A stretch of 32,000 bases of DNA from Cereibacter sphaeroides 2.4.1 (GTDB lineage Bacteria; Pseudomonadota; Alphaproteobacteria; Rhodobacterales; Rhodobacteraceae), in contig NC_007490.2 of assembly GCF_000012905.2 (NCBI RefSeq), positions 68,828 to 100,827 of the forward strand, read 5' to 3'. This document shows positions 25,663 through 31,546 of the stretch, piece after piece. Positions within the stretch are counted from its first letter, which is position 1, and every line of letters starts with the position of its first letter. Position numbers and translations under genes: made by a program. The notes under the pieces were generated by a model. The model was not told the origin of the DNA and made no database searches. It was given only the letters and a program-made list of their open reading frames with translations.

Positions 25663-26249
25663 GATTTCCACCCCGCGGGGAACTTCTTGTCGATGCGTCG
25701 GCGCATCAGGCGTCTCTTCGTGTTGTAGGCGGTGACATCGAGTCCCGTGAGCTCGCGGAGTTCCTCGGCCGTCAGGCCCTCCATGATTCCGACGAGGATG
25801 TCCTGGGCGACGGGATCATCGTCGAAGAGGGTGAAGAAAGCCGCCCGGATGCGCGCATCCTCCTCGTCCCGGATCAGTATCGCTTCCGCGTCCGGGCCCA
25901 GATCCTGGATCTCAAGGACATCTCCGTCTTCGCCGACAGCTTCCGATGCGTCTGCCGGATGCCGAAGGGCATCCTTTTCGCGCTCGCCGCTCGCCAGGGA
26001 GCGGATCACGCCGATCAGAAACCTCATGATCGGCACGTCAGCCGGACAGGACCGCCGATCGTCAAGGGCGCGTACCAGTGCCTCTTGTACCAAGTCACCA
26101 GTATCCACGGAGGAACCGCGCCCGAAGTAACGAGCCGCGCTCTCCAGCCTGGCGTAGTCCGCCACTGTGAAGCCGCAGATCGCAGCCTCGATCTCTTCCC
26201 TCGTCCTGATCGTGGTCTTCTGCCCCAAACTCACACCCCACCTGCTCAC
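25659..26249 (-). CDS. sigma-70-family (ECF-sized) RNA polymerase sigma factor-like protein
   Basis: 196 aa with a GTG start. It has a region-2-like 'DTGDLVQEALVRAL' and a region-4 HTH-like 'LTAEELRELTGLDVTAYNTKRRLMRRRIDK'. The two are joined by an acidic linker. Confidence 0.65.
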   Translation of the reverse strand: MSRWGVSLGQKTTIRTREEIEAAICGFTVADYARLESAARYFGRGSSVDTGDLVQEALVRALDDRRSCPADVPIMRFLIGVIRSLASGEREKDALRHPADASEAVGEDGDVLEIQDLGPDAEAILIRDEEDARIRAAFFTLFDDDPVAQDILVGIMEGLTAEELRELTGLDVTAYNTKRRLMRRRIDKKFPAGWKS

Positions 26250-26380
26250 TCATCTATGCGGCCGAACCTGCTCCTCTCGGACATCGCGCCCGCATGTCCG
26301 AGGCAGCCCCTCTCGCCCGCATATGGAGATGAGGCGGCAAGGCCGGAAGGTCTGCCCCCGACAACTATAGGAGATCAAAA

Positions 26381-26659
26381 GTGATCTACGCGATCAACTA
26401 CGACCTGCACCGGCCCGGGCAGAACTACGACGGGCTCCACGACGCCATCAAGAACCTCGGTGCCTGGTGGTACTACCTCGGTTCGACCTGGCTCGTTGAC
26501 ACCAACTTGAACGCCGGCGGCATCTGGGACCGCCTCGCACCCCACGTCGACAAGAACGACAGCGTCCTCATCATCGGCGTGACCCGGAACCATGCCGGCT
26601 GGCTGCCCCAGGCGGCGTGGGACTGGATCAACGCCCGCAGCAACAGGATGGCGGCGTGA
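26381..26659 (+). CDS. small conserved-looking hypothetical protein (92 aa), first gene on the CBASS strand
   Basis: GTG 26381 lies 7 nt after AGGAG (26369-26373). It is Trp-rich (IYAINYDLHRPGQNYDGLHDAIKNLGAWWYYLGSTWLVDT...SVLIIGVTRN...WDWI). The alternating predicted pattern suggests a small alpha/beta (ferredoxin/Cas2-like) fold, which is inference only. Confidence 0.7.
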   Translation: MIYAINYDLHRPGQNYDGLHDAIKNLGAWWYYLGSTWLVDTNLNAGGIWDRLAPHVDKNDSVLIIGVTRNHAGWLPQAAWDWINARSNRMAA

Positions 26660-26663
26660 GTAA

Positions 26664-26708
26664 ACACAATATATGGTTTGAATAATCATTAGCTACACCA
26701 TATATGGT
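26664..26708 (+). promoter_or_regulatory. AT-rich candidate promoter/operator of the CD-NTase operon
   Basis: There are two 14-bp direct repeats, ACACAATATATGGT (26664-26677) and ACACCATATATGGT (26695-26708). The second contains the perfect 12-bp palindrome ACCATATATGGT. TTGAAT (26678-26683), 17 bp, then TATATG (26701-26706) resembles a sigma-70 promoter whose -10 lies inside the palindrome. Confidence 0.4.
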
Positions 26709-26763
26709 AAAGCGCGGTCGCCTGAGGGGAGGCGGGACGACCGAAAGACAGAGAGGAAGACAT

Positions 26764-28005
26764 ATGCCGCTCGATAACACATCTCCCGCACTTGACGCCC
26801 TCCTCCTCGGCACGGTCCTGGAGCTTGAGCTCAGCGACCGGGATCGGCGGGTTCTGAGGAAGCGCTACGACCTGATCAAGCCGCACCTGGAGCGGCAGGG
26901 GAGCGCGCTGGCGCCCTATCTGAATAACGCTCTGGTCTACGCTCAGGGATCCCGGGCCATCGGCGCCACGATCGTTCATGGTGCCGACGATGACCGGTTC
27001 GATCTTGACGGCATCCTGGAGTTTCCCACGCCCATGGGCTGGGGTCCTGCCAAGGTTCTCGACGAGCTCTACACCAGCCTGGAGGGGTTTCCGGACTCGA
27101 CAGGCATCCAGCGCTGCACGCGGTGCATCCAGCTCAAGTTCGCCTTCATGCATCTCGATCTGACGCCGATGGATCCGGCCAGCGCCCCGCGCGTCGACCG
27201 GGTCGGAGACATCTACCACAGTCCGGACAAGGGCGAGGACCTGCGGGTCGCAGCCAATCCCTACGGTTTCGCATCCTGGTTCAGGGGCAGGGTCGCGCAG
27301 CCGACGGTCATCTTCCGCGACCAGGTCGCGAAGGCCCGGACGGCGCTCGGCATCCGTGACCGGATCGCGCTCGGCTCCATGATCATCAAGGCTGACACAC
27401 AGGTTGACGACTTGCCGGACGAGGTCGATCCCATCCGCGACGCGCCGCAGGTCATCGCGCTCAAGCTGATGAAGCGGTACCTGAACTTGCGATACGCCAA
27501 TCGCAAGGAACGTCGGCCGCCCTCGGTCTATCTTTCGAAGCTGGCTGCCATGGTTCCCGTCAATTCCACGGGCCTCTGCTCGCAGCTCGAGGATTATGCC
27601 AACCTCGTCGAGCAGCGGATGGCGTACTGCCTCGCCACCGGCTCGCGGCCAGAAGAGCGAAACCCGGCCCTCTGGGAGGAGAACTTCAACGATCGCTGGC
27701 CGAAGCAGGTGTGCGAGATGCAGCTCCTCCAGAACGACATGCGGCATCTTCGGCACGAGTTGGCAAAGGCCCGTATTTCGGAGGCGCCGGAGATCCGGCG
27801 GATCTTCTCGAGACTGTTCGGAGAGAGGGCGACGGTCGCGTCGTTCAAGGCCTACACCGACCAGCTTTCCTCTACAGCCGGGAAGACCCGGGTGGAGCAG
27901 GGCAGGGGCTACATTGCTGCCCCGGCGATTTTGCCCGCAGCGGCGGCTTTGAAGGTCTCCGCAGCACCTGCTCACCACTTCCATTGCGGGGTGCAGGACA
28001 AATGA
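26764..28005 (+). CDS. CD-NTase (cGAS/DncV-like nucleotidyltransferase, SMODS-type) of a CBASS system
   Basis: 413 aa from ATG 26764 (AGGA 6 nt upstream). The nucleotidyltransferase signature is QGSRAIGAT (26944-) ... FDLDG (Asp codons 27001, 27007) ... MHLDLTP (Asp 27157). It has a long Ala/Pro-rich C-terminal tail. It forms an ATGA overlap with the next gene. Confidence 0.85.
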   Translation: MPLDNTSPALDALLLGTVLELELSDRDRRVLRKRYDLIKPHLERQGSALAPYLNNALVYAQGSRAIGATIVHGADDDRFDLDGILEFPTPMGWGPAKVLDELYTSLEGFPDSTGIQRCTRCIQLKFAFMHLDLTPMDPASAPRVDRVGDIYHSPDKGEDLRVAANPYGFASWFRGRVAQPTVIFRDQVAKARTALGIRDRIALGSMIIKADTQVDDLPDEVDPIRDAPQVIALKLMKRYLNLRYANRKERRPPSVYLSKLAAMVPVNSTGLCSQLEDYANLVEQRMAYCLATGSRPEERNPALWEENFNDRWPKQVCEMQLLQNDMRHLRHELAKARISEAPEIRRIFSRLFGERATVASFKAYTDQLSSTAGKTRVEQGRGYIAAPAILPAAAALKVSAAPAHHFHCGVQDK

Positions 28006-28484
28006 AACCGCGGCGGCTGTCGCTGGAAGCGCAGATCCGCAGGATGCGGGCAAAATGGCCGGAGTTCAGGCCGGGCGTCATCGGATCTACGAGCATCAGC
28101 TGGATGGGACCACTGCGCGGCTTCCAGATGGATTACACAGTTCTTGTGCGCTGGTCAGTTGGTCAGACGCCCAAGGCCATCGTCGTGAGCCCGCAGTTGC
28201 GACCGCGTGTCGGCACGGCCTTCATCGACATTCCCCATCTGATCCTCGACGTGGAGAACCCCGAGGACTCCCCGCTCTGCCTCTTCGATCCGGAGGCCGG
28301 CGAATGGAACGACACGCTTTCCGTGGCGGACACCATTCTGCCCTGGGCATCGGAATGGCTCCACAACTACGAGCTCTGGCACCTGGATGGCGTGTGGCGA
28401 GGACCGAACGCACCGGGGCCGATCTCGATCGGTGACGCCCTGAGACTGAGAAAGGAGTGCCTGCATGGCGAAAAGACGGACTGA
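28002..28484 (+). CDS. E2 (UBC-fold)-only CBASS accessory protein (type II-short Cap2-like)
   Basis: 160 aa. 'IPHLILDVENPEDSPLCLFDPEAGEWNDTLSVADTILPWASEWL' parallels the UBC core 'HPN...G.ICLDIL...W.P.l.i..vl..i..ll'. The candidate catalytic residue is Cys93 (nt 28278-28280). It is coupled to both neighbours. Confidence 0.7.
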   Translation: MKPRRLSLEAQIRRMRAKWPEFRPGVIGSTSISWMGPLRGFQMDYTVLVRWSVGQTPKAIVVSPQLRPRVGTAFIDIPHLILDVENPEDSPLCLFDPEAGEWNDTLSVADTILPWASEWLHNYELWHLDGVWRGPNAPGPISIGDALRLRKECLHGEKTD

Positions 28485-29655
28485 CGCAAGACAGGTAACG
28501 AAAACGCTCCTGTGGGCGCGGGCGGCGGGCCGCTGCCAGTTCCGCAATTGCGGCAAGCGGCTGGATGTCGATCGGGTTACGGCCAACATGCAACGGAACA
28601 GCGCCTACGTAGCGCATATCGTGGCGGCCGACCCCGGCGGCGCCAGGGGTGACGACGCTCTCTCGCCGCTGCTGGCAGACAACATCAACAACCTGATGCT
28701 GGTCTGCGACACCCATCATCGGGAGGTAGACGACAAGGCCGAGGAGCACATCTACACCGTCGAGATCCTGACCGCGATGAAGCGGGAGCAGGAGGCGCGA
28801 GTCGACCGGCTGTTGTCTCCGAGAACGACAAAGGCGGCCCACGTCCTGCAGGTCAGCTCCCCCATCGGGCCAAACGAGACGGCGATCGTCTTCGATGACG
28901 CGTTCGAGGCGGTGGCTGACACCAATACCCTCGGCGACACCAGGCCGACCGAGATCAAGATCCGCGGCATGCGCCACAAGGACAGCGATCCGAACTACTA
29001 CGACGTTGAACTCAGGCGCCTGCGGGAGGGGTACGACCAGGACATCCGGTGGCGCTTCGAGAAAGGGGACATGGAGCATCTGGCGGTCTTCGCCTTGGCG
29101 CCGATCCCGATCCTCATCGAACTGGGCCGGCTGATCTCCGACATCTCGAGCGCCACCGTCTACCAGGCGCATCGGGAGCCGCGGCAACATTGGAGCTGGT
29201 GGGACGATGGTGCCGAGATCGATTTTTCAGTCGTGCGTTCGACCAAGAACTCGGAGGCCAAGAGGGTTGCCTTGAAACTGGAAGTGACCTCGGAGATCGT
29301 CGACGAACGCATCATGGCGGCCGTGGGCGAGGGGGTTCCGATCTGGTCGATCCGCTCCTCGAGCTTCGGAACGAGCGTCATGCGCAACAAGACCGATCTC
29401 GGAAAATTCCGGCAGCTTGCAGGGCAGGTTCTCGACGATATCAAGAACGCCTACGGGTCGGATGTCGAGGTCCTGGTGTTTCCTGCCATTCCGAACTCCG
29501 GCGCTGTCGAGTTCGGTCGGGTCTGGCAACCGAAGGCACATCCCTCTCTGTCTGTCTTTGACGAGGCCGGGGCGCAGGGCTTTAAGCGCCGTCTCTCCAT
29601 CCTGAGGGAAGGCGCCAGCCCGCACGCCGTAGCCGTGCAGGTAGATGCGGAGTAG
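28465..29655 (+). CDS. cap5: Cap5-type CBASS effector: N-terminal HNH endonuclease fused to a C-terminal SAVED sensor domain
   Basis: 396 aa. The HNH elements are CQFRNCG...YVAHIVAADPGGARGDD...NINNLMLVCDTHHREVD. About 270 aa of C-terminal alpha/beta domain follow, in the position and size of SAVED. AAAGGAG lies 7 nt upstream of ATG 28465. Confidence 0.85.
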   Translation: MAKRRTDARQVTKTLLWARAAGRCQFRNCGKRLDVDRVTANMQRNSAYVAHIVAADPGGARGDDALSPLLADNINNLMLVCDTHHREVDDKAEEHIYTVEILTAMKREQEARVDRLLSPRTTKAAHVLQVSSPIGPNETAIVFDDAFEAVADTNTLGDTRPTEIKIRGMRHKDSDPNYYDVELRRLREGYDQDIRWRFEKGDMEHLAVFALAPIPILIELGRLISDISSATVYQAHREPRQHWSWWDDGAEIDFSVVRSTKNSEAKRVALKLEVTSEIVDERIMAAVGEGVPIWSIRSSSFGTSVMRNKTDLGKFRQLAGQVLDDIKNAYGSDVEVLVFPAIPNSGAVEFGRVWQPKAHPSLSVFDEAGAQGFKRRLSILREGASPHAVAVQVDAE

Positions 29656-29666
29656 GAGATCGCGCT

Positions 29667-29876
29667 TCACTGGACGCGCCTGCGAAGCCGCCACAGACGC
29701 CGAGCAAGGGTAGCGGCGCTTACGAGCGCAAGGGCATCGAGCGCGAAGCTCCGGGCAACGGCAGCGCTGGAGAGATCACCCGAGATCGGCAGCCATGGGC
29801 GCGGAAGCAGAGTGCAGAGGAGGGGAAGGGCGATGCCGGCGACGGGCAGCGCCCAGAATGCAATGCTGCGAGGCAC
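29667..29876 (-). CDS. small hydrophobic protein (69 aa)
   Basis: GTG 29876 lies 1 nt after the upstream stop. Hydrophobic segments are present (IAFWALPVAGIALPLLCTLL, ALDALALVSAATLA) and the C-terminus is basic. Its stop is 11 nt from the convergent cap5 stop. Confidence 0.4.
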   Translation of the reverse strand: MPRSIAFWALPVAGIALPLLCTLLPRPWLPISGDLSSAAVARSFALDALALVSAATLARRLWRLRRRVQ

Positions 29877-29877
29877 G

Positions 29878-30051
29878 TCAGTAGCCGAGCCAGCGAAGGA
29901 CGTCACCCGCATCGTAGACCTCCCGATCGCCGCACTCCTGCAGAAACGCGGCGACGCCTTCTGGCACTGGCACGCCGTGCGCCTTGAGCTCGCGAAGGGC
30001 TCTTTCCTTCGTGATGGTCTCGCCCTCGGCGCTCTCGAGGTAGGTCATCAT
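29878..30051 (-). CDS. small acidic soluble protein (57 aa)
   Basis: The sequence is MMTYLESAEGETITKERALRELKAHGVPVPEGVAAFLQECGDREVYDAGDVLRWLGY. GC3 is high only from ATG 30051 onward. The 173-aa track ORF extension has poor GC3 and an Arg/Gly/Pro-rich composition. Confidence 0.5.
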   Translation of the reverse strand: MMTYLESAEGETITKERALRELKAHGVPVPEGVAAFLQECGDREVYDAGDVLRWLGY

Positions 30052-30056
30052 CTTCT

Positions 30057-30302
30057 TTACCGCTCCAGTCGATCCGCAGCCCATTCGGCCGCTGCGGCCC
30101 ATCCGGGCGCACCCCGCGAGAGCTCGGATTCCATCAGCCGCCGAGCGGCCGCAGCGTCGTTCATCACCATGCGTCGCAGCCTTCGCTCTTGCGGGTGAAG
30201 GCGCGCAGGCCCGGGCTGAAGCCGCCGAAGGAGGAAGTGGTCTCGGAAACGGCCCGCCAGCACGTCGGCCGAAGGAAGCAGGCACGAGTAATAGAGAAGC
30301 AC
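30057..30302 (-). CDS. possible small protein (81 aa from GTG 30302; the frame is open up to 30383)
   Basis: This frame has the best GC3 between the DUF2726-like gene and the 57-aa gene, and its N-terminus is hydrophobic. The start codon is uncertain, because no ATG/GTG/TTG lies upstream of 30302. Confidence 0.3.
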   Translation of the reverse strand: MLLYYSCLLPSADVLAGRFRDHFLLRRLQPGPARLHPQERRLRRMVMNDAAAARRLMESELSRGAPGWAAAAEWAADRLER

Positions 30303-30391
30303 CGCGCTCCAGATCAGCGCGGTCTGTGCCCCGAGTGGCAGGGCGCGGAACAGAAGCCGCAGGCCCTCTTCCGTGTCCTGCAGTCAACACG

Positions 30392-30949
30392 TCAGCCATG
30401 AGCTGGCTCCTTCAACTCGGGAATGGGGGCGAGGGCTGCATGAAGCGTCTCGCGGAGGGATTGGGCGCTGTAGTCGGTCGGCAGCTCCATCCACGGGATT
30501 CCGGCAGAGGCGCAGGCCCGGCGTTTGATGGCGTCACGGCCGAGCGCGTCGCGACGGTCGCGGCGGGTGCGGCCGTAGTGACCGCGGCCCTGATACTCGA
30601 TCACGAGAAGCGGCCTGAAATCGGCATCGACAAGAAGGAAGTCGGCGCGCTTCGCATTGATCCGCCAGAATGCCTTCTGGCTGCGGACTGCCAGAAACTC
30701 CCCGTAGGAGACCTGGCAGAGGAGCCGCGGCCGGGGCTCCGGCAGTGAGGAGATCGCCCGGCTCAGGGAGCGGAAGAGGCGTTGCTCCGTCCGGTTCAGG
30801 ACCGGCCGCGCCGTGTAGGAGGTCTCGAACCTGATCCGGAGAACTGCCAGAACCAGGACAAGCGCCACGAGGAGGGCGAGGGCGAGCCAGATCCCCGTGG
30901 GGATCTGGCCGTCCGAAAGGAGAACCGAAGCGGGCTCGAACCCGTCCAC
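30392..30949 (-). CDS. membrane-anchored DUF2726-like (PD-(D/E)xK nuclease-fold) protein
   Basis: 185 aa with an N-terminal TM segment (IWLALALLVALVLVLAVL). Then comes 'PVLNRTEQRLFRSL...LLCQVSYGEFL...AKRADFLLVDADFRPLLVIEYQGRGH...RDA...AGIPWMEL', which matches the DUF2726 pattern as I remember it. GTG 30949 lies 1 nt after the upstream stop. Confidence 0.7.
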   Translation of the reverse strand: MDGFEPASVLLSDGQIPTGIWLALALLVALVLVLAVLRIRFETSYTARPVLNRTEQRLFRSLSRAISSLPEPRPRLLCQVSYGEFLAVRSQKAFWRINAKRADFLLVDADFRPLLVIEYQGRGHYGRTRRDRRDALGRDAIKRRACASAGIPWMELPTDYSAQSLRETLHAALAPIPELKEPAHG

Positions 30950-30950
30950 C

Positions 30951-31442
30951 TCAGCATCCTTTCTCGAACTTCACCTTCTCGAGCTGACCGATGCGCTGCG
31001 CGATCAGCATGGCGTCGTTCACGTCCTTGAGCTGCTGAGTGCTCGACTCCCGGCCGGCCACCGCGCTAAGGGCCGAGCGCCCGGCATCGGTGGCAAGGCC
31101 CACGTTGCGCAGGCCGGTGGCCGATCCTGCGTTCATCATGGCCGATCCGCCGATGACCGTGGCACCCACATCCACGAGCCCGCCGATCATGGCCGACTGG
31201 CGCTGCCGCGCCCGCTGCTCGCGCTCAACCTCGGCATAACGCGCATAGAGGTTGCCGAGCCGCTGGTTGACGACCGGACAGCTCAGCGCATAGTCGTCCT
31301 TGGAGGGCGGCTGCGTGGCGGTCATGAGACCCTGCATTCCGGTGCCCGCCGTCACCATGTCGGTCGCGGTGCCGCCGGTCACGCAACCGGAGAGCGTCAG
31401 CGCCGCCGCCAGAGCGATCACGGTCTTAGCAATCTTCGTCAT
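30951..31442 (-). CDS. lipoprotein with a glycine-zipper-like segment
   Basis: 163 aa. It has lipobox LTLSG|C (Cys20) and a Gly-rich stretch GGLVDVGATVIGGSAMMNAGSATG. AGGTGAAGGA sits directly upstream of ATG 31442. A TATAAT (minus strand, 31467-31462) lies in the AT-rich upstream DNA. Confidence 0.7.
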   Translation of the reverse strand: MTKIAKTVIALAAALTLSGCVTGGTATDMVTAGTGMQGLMTATQPPSKDDYALSCPVVNQRLGNLYARYAEVEREQRARQRQSAMIGGLVDVGATVIGGSAMMNAGSATGLRNVGLATDAGRSALSAVAGRESSTQQLKDVNDAMLIAQRIGQLEKVKFEKGC

Positions 31443-31504
31443 TCCTTCACCTTACTCGTTGATTATATTACATAATTCTCATTATCGGCTCGACGGTTGT
31501 AAGC

Positions 31505-31546
31505 GCAAAGTAGAATTGTCGCATCCAAGCAAAGTAGAACTGTCGC
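31505..31546. repeat. two 18-bp direct repeats, GCAAAGTAGAATTGTCGC / GCAAAGTAGAACTGTCGC, 24-bp period (iteron-like or protein-binding sites)
   Basis: Read directly from the sequence: 31505-31522 and 31529-31546, with 1 mismatch. A weaker third match, GTAGA..TGTCG, lies at 31626-31638. They sit next to the AT-rich tract 31453-31490. Confidence 0.6.

Noticed and set aside
26704-26763. A longer start (ATG 26704) for the CD-NTase, adding MVKRGRLRGGGTTERQRGRH.
   Set aside because: The ATG lies inside the palindromic promoter-like element and the extension is Arg/Gly-rich. ATG 26764 has a good AGGA spacing.
24497-29190. Long opposite-strand ORFs over the defence genes: 24497..25432(+), 26689..28053(-) 454 aa, 28222..29190(-) 322 aa.
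   Set aside because: The reason is the same as for the tra shadow ORFs. They mirror the ImmA, CD-NTase and Cap5 genes, which carry catalytic motifs, SD sequences and coupled starts.
29878-30399. A 173-aa ORF whose ATG 30399 overlaps the stop of the DUF2726-like gene (ATGGCTGA).
   Set aside because: The first ~115 codons have mixed third-position usage and an Arg/Gly/Pro/Ala-rich product. A different frame (30057..30383) has the coding-like GC3. Only the last 57 codons (from ATG 30051) look genuine.
30915-30950. A tRNA T-arm-like GGGTTCGAGCCCG on the minus strand.
   Set aside because: It lies inside the start of the DUF2726-like CDS (V-D-G-F-E-P-A). The stem is only 3-4 bp with a 6-nt loop, and no acceptor or anticodon arms flank it.
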